Source: Tubiluchus corallicola
Taxonomy: Eukaryota; Animalia; Priapulida
DNA: 64,000 nucleotides
Assembly (NCBI GenBank): GCA_030141605.1
Contig: JAQGDQ010000407.1
Span: forward strand, 144,620 to 208,619
Direction: 5' to 3'
The translations under genes and the position numbers were made by a program. The notes beneath the pieces are model-generated. The model was not told the DNA's origin. It saw nothing but the letters and a program-made list of their open reading frames with translations, and made no database searches. Positions 24,430 through 38,421 of the stretch are shown here, piece by piece. Position 1 is the stretch's first letter. Every line of letters begins with the position of its first letter.

Positions 24430-26699
24430 CATGCATATCATACGTATTGCTACAGATTTATGCAATGTGTTACGTAATTATGTTGGAAATGTATTGCTTA
24501 TATCAGGAACTGTTGCAGATTGGCTGCTTTCACTAATCAGGTCAACAAACAGAGGATTGACAGGCGTCACACCTGCACTTATTGATAATTACCTGCTGCC
24601 GGTTATTGCTTATTAACTTTGCTCACGGCTGTGAACAAGTTTCAGCTATGTGACAGCAGAAATTATTACGCTGAAAAAATTATGAAAGGACTAATTGCTT
24701 CTGACTGAAAAAGGCATTCTATGTAAGAAAGTCGTAGTGACAGCAAATCTGACGCCTCCGCTCTTGCTCTAAATTACTTCTTGCTATTTCTTCTTATTCA
24801 TAGCCATCATTACATTAACAATAAGAGAACTAATAAGGGCTTCTGAAAGCCATGTAGAGCTTTAAAGGAACGTCTAACACGTGACGGCTTTTTGGAACAC
24901 ATAAAGCTAAAAGGAATTTTTACTTCTGTCAATGCAATGTAACTCTTTTTTTATTTTCTACTTTGCACATTCCTATTTCCTTCTGTTCAATCACGATGAG
25001 TAATTACATTAAAAAGCACAGAAGTCGCTAACCCCGCGTTCACAAAAGAATTCCCTAAACAGAATGCCCCAGAACTCACCAGTCTTTGTACCGCACTTCT
25101 CTGTACCGCAACCGTTTCAAATTCATATTTATAAAATTTAGTAATGAATGGTCAAATTTCATATGAATAACGTACAGTTGCTGAAAAAACAATGGAAAAT
25201 TGCTAACGCGATAAAATTGCATTAAGTTTTATAACAAATGGCGAATTTAAGCTAAATGGCATTAAAAACTTTAAAAGTGAGCGGGTTACATTTGCCGATT
25301 ATCAGAGTTACAAAATGTGGTAGGCCTACACTCAGTCAGTTCTTCTGTTTATTTACGTTAATAAAGATGTATGGTCCCATCCGCTGCATGACTGTGCGTT
25401 TTTAAGTCTAATATTAATATAGGCTGGAATGTTTGAGTGGTTTGCTACTTTCATACCGCGCTGTCTCTTACTTCTCGTCTTTCCGCTTTATGACTCAGTT
25501 TCTCACCTTTTCAACATTTTAATCTGCGCCTAAAATCAGCAGCTAATAATAAATCTTAAAGCTGAGAAGAAACTTTCCAAATTTGGCCCTTTAGGGCCTA
25601 CTCAGTACATTTGTTTATTGTTGTTTTATCTGTTTATCTTGTTTATCTATTTAATTCTGATGTTTGTTTTATGCTTGTTCTAATGTTTCTGGAATAGGCC
25701 TAGGCAATAAGTTTGAACCTAACCTTGAGTCTTTGCACTATTATAATAGTTGCCTCTAAATGCTTATTGAACATTGTCTATGTATATGTCTCACAATAAC
25801 CACACGATGTCATCAGTTACTTCATTAGTCCATAGATTCTCTAAAGCTTGCAATCTAAGTTCAATTTGCCTACATTACAATCTGCTATACCAAAAGTCCA
25901 AAATCACAGCTAAAAATCCAGCTTAACAATCGTGAGAACAAAAATCATCTTAACCACACTAATGCCCACCACCCCCTCACCCCACTCCTCATAACTGTGT
26001 ACGAATCTAAATAACTGAGAATATGTTAATTAATAGTGAGATGACTGTATATTATTCGCTTTACCGCTGCTATTATGTTAGCTACAATTGGAATCGATCG
26101 GCTAATGCAAATAGGATTATGATCAAATAACGTAGACTGCGCCTTATTTGCTCTTCAAGGATACATGTCTTGAAAGTAGCACGTCAAGGCTTCTTCATTG
26201 ACACATTCATATTAACATTTAATGCAGTTGTCTGTAATGTATTCTAGCCTTGGGAATTCTTAAATTCCAGATGATAGTCTTCGCAACGTACCAATGAAAA
26301 TTTATAACTAAACAAATTTTCTTAAAAACGCCACGGTGTCAAAATTTGAGGTGTTCTTTCTCCCCCAAAGAAAGCTAAATTTAACAATTTGTCTTGACTT
26401 TAAAACGAAGATAATTTAACCGTAGTTCCTCAGCAAAGTGGGAACAAAACAATGTGAAACCAATTTATTTTGTAAACCGTTAACTAAAGTGAAGCCTAGC
26501 AAATCTTTAGACTAGCTCATTACATGTCGGATTACTAAATAAACGTAATGTAATATAATGTAAAATTCATTTAAATAGCGCACTACATCATTTAAAATTT
26601 CAGCACGCTGAGCAATAAAATACATTCAAAATTCATGAAAAAGCATAAAATTTGAAAGACATTAAAGATTAAAAATGGTTCATCATAAAAAGGACAATT

Positions 26700-27640
26700 T
26701 AAACAAATGTGTTTAAAGATGTTATTTAAAACAATCTAATGAATTTGCAGAAGTATAGCAACAGGTAAGCTATTCCAGAGCATAGACAGAAGAAGCTTTT
26801 TCTCCATAAAATACTGTATTAGGGATTGGCTGATGTAAATTAATTTTCCATTAGCATTAGAACGAAGTGTTCGGCCTATGCTATGGCGTATCAAAAGATA
26901 GTAAGGTATGCCGGTGCCGAAGCACGTAGTATTTTGTAGGTGATACAAAGAATTTTAAACTGAATTCGAAACTTTGTCAGCAACCAATTAACTCTCTTAG
27001 AATGGGTGTAATATGATCATATTTTCTAGTTTTCGTAATGAGACGGGCAGCAGAGTTCTGAATTAGTTGGAGTCAGGCCCTATTTGAAGGGGGGAAGTGG
27101 GGATACTTCCCCGGGGCCTCACCCTCCAGGGGGACCTCGCGCCGAGGTAACTTTTTTTGCTTTATGCGAACATACTGCCTCTTCTCTCCCTCTCCCTCTC
27201 CCTCTCTTGCCGCACGAGCGCCGTTTGCCTTGTGCGGCTCGGTGCCGATGTTCAGCTATTTTCAATTTCGGAATTTCTAACACCAGCTTGTACGGAAGTG
27301 AGAGTATGGTATTACATATTGCAAAGATGGTGTTTTTTATTTGTCTATTTGACGAGTATTAAAGACTGGTCTTGAGAATAAAGCAGTGTTTCTTTCAATT
27401 GTTCTTTCCTTTAACAACCGTATAACTCCACATTTTCTTTTCGAAAATGCTTCTCCGGCGTTCTAGCAGTTCAAAAATTTTCTGGGCGCCAACCATGGTG
27501 GCGCTCGCTCCCCGGCGCTCCCCCAGGGGGCCTCACACCCCCCACTTCCCCGGGCCTCGCTTTAGCTGAAATAGGCCCTGGTTAGAGTTTGAGATTTTCA
27601 TGTTCAGGGAGTCCAAAAAGTAAGAGAATTCACAGCAACA
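26700..27640 (-). mobile_element. L2-type LINE remnant interrupted by a hAT MITE
   Basis: Minus strand QNSAARLITKTRKYDHITPIL (~26995-27062) and LWNSLP (~26760-26780). Confidence 0.7.
27074..27580. mobile_element. hAT MITE family C, copy 2
   Basis: TIR CAGGCCCTATTTGA / CTGAAATAGGCCCTG; TSD gttggagt/gttagagt (1 mismatch). Confidence 0.88.
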
Positions 27641-28124
27641 ATCTCGAACTTTGCTACGAAATTGTTGCTGGCAAGAACAAGGTGGGTCAAAACGTGAGTC
27701 ATCATGTGAGCATAAATTTTCATGGACCTTCTACTTTTCTGTACTTGTGTTCATTTTCTAATTAAAATATTTTGCCTAGAGTAGCTGCTGACTTTGCAAG
27801 CCTTTCGTTTCTTCGAAACTGGGGCGCAGATTTTTCAAAATAAGTAAATTTACAGAAAAGATCAGGTAGGGATTCTTGATATTCGTTTAGAATAAAAGAG
27901 AAAGACGACAAGCACGGATAAAATCGCAAAAACAGATCGATTGAAAAGCGGAATCTTTGCACCTGCTCAGCTAGTCTTATTGTCTAATAGGCTAATTATC
28001 ATGAAATGAGTTTACTGGGCATTTAACAGGAAAACTATTTAAAAGGCTACAAAAGCTCCCAACAAAATCTTTGCAATGCATGTTGTGGGGTGGGAGCTTA
28101 ATTTACGTAATAACTACATCGCCA

Positions 28125-28570
28125 TTTCGTCCTCACCATTATCATTGTCGCCATCATCATTATCGTATCATCAGAATCATCAATTTCATCATCATCAACA
28201 TCAGTCATTTTTGTCATCATCAACATCGTCATCGTCTTCTTCTTCTCCATCTTCGTTTTCTTCTATTTCTTCTTCATTACCGTTATCATAAATATTATAT
28301 TATGGTCAGCTTAATTATCGTTAATTTTCATCATTTTTGACAATAACAGCAAAAAAGACAAAAACAACTTCAGCAACAACAACAACAACAACAACAACTA
28401 ACTATACTATCGGACAATAACAACAGCAGCAGCCAAACAGCAAAAGCCATGACCACGGCAACGACAAGTACAAAGACAAAAACAAGGCACGCATGTACGA
28501 GAAAAGGCAACAATGGCGATAATGACAACAGCAACAACAACAATGGTAACAACAGCAGTATGACCAATAA
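28125..28570. repeat. Degenerate (CAT)n/(CAA)n trinucleotide tracts
   Basis: Direct inspection. Confidence 0.8.
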
Positions 28571-28621
28571 TGCATAGGAACACCTACAAACATAATGCAG
28601 TATCACGAATGCTCGGTTTGT

Positions 28622-29251
28622 TTAAAAGAAGGCAGGATTATTTTTAATATACTACCCTTATTTTCAAATACGGTAAAAAGTACACATTTTAACACCAACA
28701 ATACCGCAAAAACGTTTCTGATAATTATATAATAGATAAAAAACTTAATTAATGGCGGGCGAGCCCAATTATTGATGACATCACAAGCTAACATAATTTT
28801 CACCAGCAAAAACGTTCCAGGGGCGTGTTGCACGTGTTTGAGAAAGGGAAAATTGAAGCACAGCGCTCCTGTAAGATATTCAGCGTGTTGTACTGAAACT
28901 AAGGTTGTTTTAAGGTAAAAATTCAAATTTCGAATTTATCACTGAACTAACGCATGAGCTGTCTGTCGAACGTGTGTAGTTCGTCACAAACTAACACATC
29001 TGAATTGAAAGGTACAGGACCTGTTTTCTGTGCGACGCTTTTCGAAATGCAGGCGTTAGTGCCCGTCTAACTAGCGAATGTCGAAATGCATGTACCAGCG
29101 AAGAACTAATGGCGCGAACGCGAAATTGTGTTTGTGTGGTAATAATTCTTTCACGTAAGTCACTCTTTAAAAATATTATGTTTCCTTTCAATATTTTAAA
29201 GAATAGGTTGTTTTGACCTACAGTTTAACGTAGGGTCCAGTTTTGCGTTAA
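28622..29251 (+). mobile_element. Repeat family A, copy 3
   Basis: ttaaaagaaggcaggattattttt ... gggtccagttttgcgttaa. Confidence 0.8.
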
Positions 29252-30729
29252 TGTTAGGACAGAACAAACACTTGATACCCAGAATGAAAAATGTAACAGT
29301 TCTTGCGTTCTATCGGCTAATTTAAATACTATTGCAGCGATATCAAATTCTTAAGACGCAAACCACCTTCAGAAGCCTGTCAGGTATCATTCCTAACCCA
29401 TAAAACTAGGCGCAGTTCGCATGCTTGCCTTTACGTAGAAATTTTTAAATTTCGGCGGCCATTTTAAACAGTTTAGAGCATTAACGATAGCTGCATCGTG
29501 ATAATTGACTTTTTCCATTCTCATAAAACATCATATCTTATTTGGACGTGTTTGAATAACTTGTTACAGCGGCCTTTGCCATTCTTGGTATCCATCTTAA
29601 ATCTTACCTAAATGGAGTTCATCTCCATGAGTCTTTAACCCACGGGGATGTTTTGTTGTGGCGAGCTTCTCAATCCCACTGTTCCCAGTGCGCTCCACAT
29701 GTTCTAGCCAAGCTATTCTAACCCATCCAGCGAAGAGGATGATGACGGCAGCGCAGTGGATTCCCGAAAAGCGACTCCGTATTATAATTAAATAATTGCT
29801 GAAGTGACTTAAGTACATACATTTATAAGAAAGGAAGCCGTGTTATCTTTTTTAAATCCATAGCAGCACACATGTCTTATATTATATGCTAGTGCATTAG
29901 TCCTGCAATAATTTATGAAACCAGAAATGCTTCAGAAAACTTCAGAATACGTTCATCTTGAAAACTAACAGACTTTTTCAGCGGAGACTGATATTCTGCT
30001 CTTGAAATAACTACACATAATGTCATTTAATAAATTATTGCGTTAGCCCGTCACTATATGCAGTAATCGTGGATTTGCTTTCACAAATCTTACTCAAGTT
30101 TTTTGTCAATAACAACGTTATTCTTTATCTCCATCGCCAACGCGCATTTCAAACATTTATGTATTCATTTTGCAAAACCACATGCGCCTGTTAAGCATTC
30201 ATGGAGCTTAGAAACTTAAATCAATTTGACATCACTGCGGTTACGGATAGTTTGGCTTTATAGTTTTCTGGTCTGTCAAACTCAATTTATAGCATCTATA
30301 CCACTTTAATTCCGGGGCACCTGCAGCCTTGGTTTCACATAGATCAGTAGTTTAATACAGAGTTGTAACCGCTAATTCACCTAACTGCATAATTAACCAA
30401 GTACTTGGTGGTGTAGAATTAGAATAGAGCAACAGAGTAAGCATTTCAGTATTGTTAGCTGGTAAATCTGTTCATTTACGTAAACGCTCTGCCTAGTCTG
30501 CTTGCCTGTTTGCATCTGCGTCTCTGTGTACATACGCCACTTAAAAAAGCAAGTTCCTGTGAACGCTCTGCAGGCGTGAGATTATAATACATGTACTTAA
30601 AAGCTATGAGTCGCTGACCCTAACACCGGAAGTATGCCAGAAGCTGTTACTCTAGCAAATCAGATGTGTATTAAAATGTGTCTTGTATTACTCGGCCTCA
30701 AGGCCAATCAACAACAACTTAGAAGTAGT

Positions 30730-30910
30730 GTTCGTCTCCATGGTGACAGGTCAGCAAAGGACGTCACTATGGTGACAGGTCAACATAGGCTCGTTGCTAG
30801 GTGTTGTTAAGGATAGATGTTTTTACATGTGTGACATAAGTTAACTAAGCTTAGCCTCAGAATTGGGGTATATAAGGACCAGCATTATCACCTGGAAAGT
30901 AACCAGTTTG
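30730..30910 (+). promoter_or_regulatory. Candidate Pol II promoter with tandem X-box (RFX)-like sites and a TATA box, antisense inside the neuropeptide intron
   Basis: GTCTCCATGGTGAC 30734-30747 and GTCACTATGGTGAC 30763-30776, each followed by AGGTCA; GTTGCTAGG ~30793; TATATAAG 30869-30876; CCAGTT ~30903. Confidence 0.45.
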
Positions 30911-31971
30911 TAGACTCAAGTGCTTTGCTATAGATTCTGCACCAGGCGTTTCTGTAGCCTCTTAGACTTATTGTGGATGTTCATCGGTGCACTTTATACT
31001 CAATATGCTTTACGATCACATATGCTAAACAAGACTTCATGTTTTACACATGCTTCATCACACTAAGAAGACAACGTCGACATACGTTCATTATTACTGA
31101 TACCATCATTACGAACTACTTCATTATTGCTATAGCTTTAAATGCAATGACTCATCTGTACAATTTTCCATGTGTCCATTGTTCTATCGAAACGTCGTTC
31201 ACGTATTATCACGGAAAACTTTTGTAAAAATTTGGAAACAAAAGTACAGATGAGAACTAACAGTATGATTTCAAAGCTATGTAACTTATGCATATAAATC
31301 CAGTGCAGGTAGCAAATTATTATTATTTAGACGCTTGATAGACAATTTCGAAAAAAATAATAATTTACACTTGTATCAATATTCTGTGACAGAAATTAAA
31401 AAGCAAACATGCAGAGTTACATTTGTTTTGCCTGTTTCAAAAGAAGTCACATCATTCATACACGTTTGTCATGTTTGTCAGCTTTGTTCGCAACACAGTC
31501 TTTTCTTGTGATTCTCGTGATACGCCTCCAAGGGGTTCCTTTAAGCACGCTGCATCATAGAATGAATAATATCAAAGTAATTAGTCTCGTGAACTTTCAT
31601 ATTAATGACATGTTACAAGTCATATATGATCAACGTAGTCGAAGCTGTGAAGCAGTAAGGTCCTTTTCTTCTAAAAGGAAAAGAAAGGCTACATGTTGAG
31701 CTCACAACTTGTAGCCTCATATTGTAGCACACCGCAAACACTTATTGCAGAAATTCTGCAAGCTGCATAAAATATGATGACAAAATTCGGCATCGTTCTT
31801 TGCATATTATATTGCCGCAAGGCATGGAGAGAGTGTTTTCTAAAAGTTGTTTTTTGTCTTTTTTCTCCTCTGATCAGACAAAAGACCTTTTATCGCTGGT
31901 CAATGTTGAAAAATATTAAAAAAACAATAAAGCATTAAAAACAACATTGTATATATACTTGTCCACATTAC

Positions 31972-32591
31972 TTAAAGGAAGACAGGATGATTTTTCATAT
32001 GCTACCCCATTTTCAAGTCGGATAAAAAGTATACATTGTAACACAATTAATACTGCACAAACGTTTCTGATAATTAAATAATAGATTAAAAACTCTATTA
32101 ACGGCGGGCGAGCCCAACTACTGATGACATCACAAACTAACATAATTTTCAACAGTAAAAATATTTCACGAATATAAATAAACACGTGTTTGCGAAAGCG
32201 AAAATTGAAGTACAATGAAGTAAGAGATTAAGTGTGTTGTACTAAAACTACGCAAGTTTTAAGATAAAAACTGAAATTTCAAATTTACTGCTGTGCGCAC
32301 ATATGAGCTGTCAAACGTGTCACAAACTAACACATCTGATCTGAGAGGTACGGCACCTGCTTTTTGTGCAAAGCGTTTCCGAAATGTGGGCGCTAGTGTC
32401 CGTCTAGCTACCGAATGGAGAAATGCGTGTAGCAGCGAAGAATTAGTGGCGCGAACGCGAATTGTGTTTGTGTGGTAATAATTTTTTCACATAAGTGACA
32501 TTTTTGAAAGAATATTATGTTTCCCTTCAATATATGAAAAAGTAGATTGTTTTTTGACCTGCAGTTTAATATTGGGTCCGGTTTAGCTTTT
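31972..32591 (+). mobile_element. Repeat family A, copy 4
   Basis: ttaaaggaagacaggatgatttttca ... gggtccggtttagctttt. Confidence 0.8.
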
Positions 32592-34740
32592 CGACCATTC
32601 AGACAATTTGGTGTCTTTTAATTGAGGTTTGTCCTTCGAATCAAACCCAAGCAGAGCAGATGGGTGTGCCGATCTGAAAACTCATTTTTGAGCTTTTTGC
32701 CAGTTTTTTCTGTAGATCAAATAATTATCCTCAGGTAGGTGATGATTATTCATAAAAAGTTTTTGTTGAGGTATATTGTTGCATAGCAACAGAGTTACCT
32801 GATAGTAAATGTGAATAAATTCAATTTAAATAAATTTCGCAATATATTTATTTTTGTTTGGTCATATATTTAGATTAGTAAATATCGTTTCTAGTACTCT
32901 TTACGACATTACGACATTACTCATTACGACACCTTTTTTCGCGCCTCAAGTGCAAAGATCAATGTTTGTTGTTATGTTGGCCAGGATATAATAGTTGATG
33001 CGCTGATTAGTAATCTAGTAGGGCAAATAAGTTATGTGTGCCTAAGATATACCAGACGATCACAAGGATTGATAGTAGCAATAAAAAGAGTATAAATTTG
33101 TCTATAACGTTTTTAAAGGAAGTATAACGCATTTTCTTCAGCTATGCGTAAAATGTCAAACTTTTGCACCAAACACTAAAAACACAAAGTTAAAAAACGT
33201 AAATTTGAACATCAGAAATCCAAAATTTTGAACTCCAGTATTATACACAAGCTATGACTATGACTACTGTCACTCTTCAAATTGTGTGGCACTTTTAAAG
33301 ACTACAAATGTGACTATTCTGTGACAAATTGCAAAAAAATGTGTAATTAATCACATTCTAAATACACACTAACGTGCCATTTTAACACTGATATATTAAA
33401 TAAATAAAATAATACAAAACGAAATAAATTATTTCGATCTCTAATAATTTCATTTGAGAATCTTTATTAAAACACCCTTGTACTTAATGGAATTATTTAC
33501 CATGGACATTCTCTTACTGTCCTGCCCCAGTCACGCTGTCTGACACTTGCAATAAAATAAAAGCTACAACTTTTACATCATTAGGACCAAATTAAACTCT
33601 GTAGAAATACTCTAACTTCGTAAAACCAGCACATTTGATTTGGCATAACCCTTTTGTCCAACATACGTTTTCAAAAGCAATATGACACTGTTGTTCAAGC
33701 AGTCTCCAGAATGAGGGGTTGACGCGCCACTCCGAATGCTCTACATATTAACAAGCTAGTTCAACAACCTGCTGTAATGTTGTATATTAAACTAAATAGT
33801 CGACCCTTAAGTCAAGTTAAAAAATAAACGTATCACCGATTGGATGTTTAAACAATAAGCCACCCTCACGGCTGCACGTTCATATGACAAACCTAGGACC
33901 CATACAATAGACAAGAACAGCGCCAAACTGTTGTTCACACAATTAAACTTAGAACTACATAAGCGTAAAAGCCTTATGTAGTTCTTGCACGTTTGCAGGA
34001 CCGTCGTACAACCGCGTACGTGTGAATGTGTCTTAAACTTGCTTTTTCAGACAATCAAATTCAACAAGGAAAATGTTGCGCGGCTTTAAACTTGCGTGCG
34101 GTAAACAAAAAATTAATTGCTGCCATTTAGACACGCGTAAAAGCGTCGTTAACTTTTAGTAGATTATTTTTTACACATTTAGTCCTGACAAAAATTAACG
34201 TATTTTATCGTGTAAGTGACTTTCTTGACATAAATTAAAAAACGCATTAAAATTAAAAGTTGCGTGAATGTCGTCATTGTGCTTTTTATTATAATTTGCA
34301 TAAAGTAATTTGGAACAACAAAAGCCCTAGAAAAACGCGAAAAAAAACAGAAAACTATAATGCAATAAAAATTAAAACAGCGACAACAAGGGGTATAGGT
34401 AACCTCACGACTCTTTAAAAAAGGCCAGGTGGGCCTATTTGTGTTTGTTACTTTTCAACATTATATAATAATAATCATGACAACGACGATGCTAATTAAT
34501 TTTTATTTTAGATTTTAATCAATACCTGAAATACTATAGAAAACAAATAAGCGATGCAGTCTATAACACAATATACACAACATAGAAACTGTACAAATGG
34601 AGTACAGGCAAGTTTAATAATAAATGAAGAGGTTAATTCACTACGATAACGACGAGATGCTGGTGATGATGATTATAACATAGAAAGCAATTCTGCTATG
34701 TTCCATTTGTGATGCCTTTACTTGTGACTAACTAATGATC

Positions 34741-34860
34741 GTCTACGGCCAAATCACGATGAAAACACCGGTTCTCGTCTGATCACCGAAGTAAAGCAAC
34801 GTAGAGCCTGGTTAGTACTTGGATGGGTGACCGTCTAGGAATACCAGGTGCTGTAGGCTT
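34741..34860 (+). pseudogene. 5S rRNA-like sequence forming the SINE head
   Basis: gtctacggcc...gatcaccgaagtaaagcaacg...ggttagtacttggatgggtgacc...gctgtaggctt; A-box and C-box recognisable, with several substitutions relative to canonical invertebrate 5S. Confidence 0.85.
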
Positions 34861-35278
34861 GCGGGATGCCCACACTGTATCTCGATACTAGGCGGAGGAG
34901 CTGCACAAGCAGCCAACGGCTAGAGGGCGGAGGAGGTCAAGTGACCCAACGGCCATGTGTAGAGGAGTAAACCTTCCAAATCAGGAGTGGAGCCCCGAAG
35001 GCGGACCAGTCCAGCATGCTCACTGACTCCGGCAGCTCCTGCAGCCAACCTGTTGCCAAACGTATCACTCCGCTTTCCTTTGGACTACACCAGAGAGGAA
35101 GAGAGGAGATTCCTGTTGTCTGGGCAACTGAGGATCTCCATACACCTTGCCCAGGAGCTGGAGACGTTCAAGGATCGCACTGCTCAGCCACAGTCGACGC
35201 TGCAGCTCCATCAATGTGATCAATAACTGACTCTCTTGGCGTACACTCCATTGTCTTCCGAGACGGAAGGATGCCAAC
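34741..35278 (+). mobile_element. 5S rRNA-derived SINE (SINE3-type), ~540 bp
   Basis: Full-length 5S-like head with no oligo-T terminator, GC-rich body, short CAA tail, TSD AACTAATGATC (34730-34740 / 35279-35289). Confidence 0.88.
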
Positions 35279-36514
35279 AACTAATGATCGCGATGGCTAT
35301 AGCTGCTGCAGCTGTGGCGACAGTGAAGATAACCACATTGACATGTTATATCAGAATAATAGGACCATCAGTAGCGGCAGCTGCAACAATGATGGTAACA
35401 GCAAAGGTGGCAATAATAATAAAGGAATTAACAATTTTCGCGTCTCCCTACTTTAATGCTTTGTTCGGGTCTCAACGGGCTTAAGGTTTTGTTAAAGCAT
35501 GTTAATTACTTAATAACTTAATTAACGCCACGTACTAAATACGTGCCATACGAGCTACAGGACACAAACTAACCTAAATCCGTTCCAGTTCTGGCAGTTC
35601 ACTAAAAAAATTAACTGAATATAATAAATTTCAATAATTTCTAGTTAGGCATGCGTATCTACGTAGATAATCATAACCCGTTTTCCAGTTTTACTTTTCA
35701 AAGCGGTGATGACAGCAATACGATTTATGATTTATGGTAGTTAGTGAGTTACTAACTACCTTACTAAATCTGTCCCAGATCTTATGTTTTAATTTACAAG
35801 GGTTTATGACCAAACTCCTCACAGTTTTTAACTATTTGTGACCTGATTCACATTACTGCTGCGCAATCTAGGCTGTGCTAAAGATAAAGTGATCATATCT
35901 AATTATCTAAAGAAAAACTCCATGTTCTCAATAGCAACCAACCAAAGTTTATATTATTTCAATCAAGAGCTACTTAATGATATTTTCTCCTTATTACACA
36001 GTGATAATTGGGGTAACTTGTAATACTTAATACATTTATTGGTAAAATATATGTAAAAAGCGCAATGTGCAATGTACACTATGCAATGTGCCTATACTAT
36101 GCACAGAAATCATGAATTGACTAAACAGCCATTTCCTTGAAGTTCATCTTTAGTTATAATTACAGACATTTTCTAAGCCACAACAATTAGTAGTTTAGAT
36201 TTTATTAAACGTTACCATCTACATAACTTCTTTTGAAGCGGCAGATTCTGTCTCTCACGTCTTTTTATGTCCTACTCATAAAATCGGCAGGTGGGAGTCT
36301 GTAGGTGTTTTCTATTTTCCTTCGCTCCCTGTTCACGGCATTCATCTTCGTTCAGTTTGCAGGTTCTCTGCTGTTATCGTTTCTGTAGGCTTTTGATTAA
36401 CAGAAAAAGCGGCAAAATACTATGTGAACAACGGGGAACGTGCGTACAAAATGCACGTGGGCAATGAAGCTAATTTTATCGTTAGAATTATTTTGCAAAC
36501 CCAGTATAAATTAT

Positions 36515-36927
36515 GATGCAAGTACAAATGTTTTGGTCCATTACCCCTTCTCAAGGTAGTATATGCATTGGAAGCCACAATATATTAGACTGTAGTTCAA
36601 CAAGCTACAGACTACTTTTTCTACTCTGACATTGTATAGGTTGAACTTGTCATGTACACACGTCTCTGTTATATTTAAAATTTGACTTATAATTATACTG
36701 CTACCTTTTACTGACTCTGGCTTTTTCTCGACTCAATATTGGACCAACAATGTATGTATGCATTTTAGCTTTTTAGTGTAACGTAGTAATCTGTAGCACT
36801 TATTTTCTTGCACTTATTTCAGTAGATTTGTAGATGTAGTAATTGTAGACTACAGAAAATTTGTATTTTTGCAGAATAAACTAACATAGATATGAGAACG
36901 CAACTTTGGTTTGAGCGTATACATTAC
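36515..36927 (-). mobile_element. Repeat family B, copy 2 (inverted)
   Basis: Reverse complement of 7270-7637 with a ~45-bp extra segment. Confidence 0.7.
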
Positions 36928-38008
36928 AAATTACATTCAGTTATAAATTCAAAAATGGTAACATGGCGCTACATTTAACTCAAGTGATTAGCATACTTTG
37001 CTCCCAGGACGTGGTGCAACAAATTGTTTTGTGTTCCTTCAAAGGGTGATTCCTTCAGTCAACTCAACTACAAGCAAACAAATTCGCAAGGTTTCTTATA
37101 TATATATATATATGGCAGTAACGGTCCCAGATTCGTTGCAAATTCTCTTGCTAAAGCTGTTGCATGAGTTAGTATATTTGTCCACCATAGCTCAGCGTAT
37201 CCATAGGAAAAGGACGTAAGAAGGTCGTAAGATTAAGATTAAACCTTTAAAGAATACCATCATACAAACCAATTCATTAGCTTGCCGATAACAAATAGCT
37301 GCTTTTTTGGTCAACATCCATTGTTCAAAAAAACGATACTTTATTTAATATTAGGAAATTGTTGTCTATAACAAATACTAGAATACCTGTCGTAAAGAGA
37401 ATGATAAATCAGAGGTTCCCAGGTACGTGCGCTAGGACCCTCGTTGGGAAAAAGGCAGTCGTGCATTACGCGAGGAATTGGGAATCCAAAGTTGCACAAT
37501 TTGTACTTCCCAGTTGTGGAAAGTTTTCAATATTCTTGAGTGGGACGTTCAAAGTCAAGTTTGTCGAGTGGTCAAAGGTCAGTTTTGCAAGAATTTGACA
37601 TCAGACCTCCTTCTAGGGCTTTAAATAAAAACGGTTGATGCTAACACAGATGATAGAATGTGTTGAGATTCAGTGCAAAATGACGATTGGTTATTTTAAG
37701 TGAAGGGACCAAGAATACCTAGTCCCAAATTTGATGACCTTTTTGCAAATCGTGAGATAATGTGACGATTTTGATATGATAAACACACGTATGTCTGGAG
37801 TTTGTGAAGTAGAATTTTGTTCCTAAGTTTTGACAAAACTTACAAAAAGCCCTGGGTACGCTAAGGCTCAAATCTGGTCTCGTCTAAATCTCTATTAATA
37901 AGCTCATTGATAAACTACAGCATGTCACCCGTGAAGCGAAAAGAATGAAACCCATAATGTACATCATTAAGAAGATTATTATTATTGTCCAAGAAACGTA
38001 ACAAATGC

Positions 38009-38400
38009 TCATTTAGTAGGAAGACCTTTCTGACGATTAGCCCTCCTAAGACTAATCTGACTAATAAGATAATTTGACGGAAAAGATTTCTCAACGTTGC
38101 CTTTACATGCAGGAATAAGAGAAGCCGGATTCCAGGTAGACGGAAAACAAGCGCCGGTAATGCAGCTATTGGACAACTTAGTCAGCTCAGGAGAGCGATT
38201 AAGCTTATACAATTCTGAGAAAAGCGGCTGACTTCTACCTGTAAGCTTTCCCTAATTCCAAGTTTGAAATATTGCAAACAATTTCTTTAGATGTGAGGAT
38301 GGGATGGAATCAATGAAAGCTGGTGTGTTGTCGCTGTTGCTGAATTGTCGCTGAATGAATTGTCGCTGAAACATTAGGCGAGCAGTTTAGCTTTGTGAGG
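38009..38400 (-). mobile_element. Degenerate LINE (CR1/Jockey-like) RT-proximal fragment
   Basis: CFPSTWNPASLIPACKGNVEKSFPSNY..ISL resembles the P.W..A...P..K.G....NYRPISL motif. Confidence 0.6.
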
Positions 38401-38421
38401 AAAGTAAGGACTTTGGGCACA

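Noticed and set aside
24560-24660. miR-87-like words (GTGAGCAAAGTT on the minus strand); also miR-34-, miR-8- and miR-36-like seeds elsewhere
   Set aside because: Matches break down after 9-12 nt and no proper precursor hairpin is visible
29597-29818. Minus-strand ORF with donor ttag|gtaaga as the neuropeptide signal exon
   Set aside because: The open frame ends in phase 1, incompatible with the phase-0 acceptor, and it lacks a convincing signal peptide
34741-34860. Functional 5S rRNA gene
   Set aside because: No oligo-T terminator, diverged positions, and the TSD encloses the 5S together with a 420-bp body
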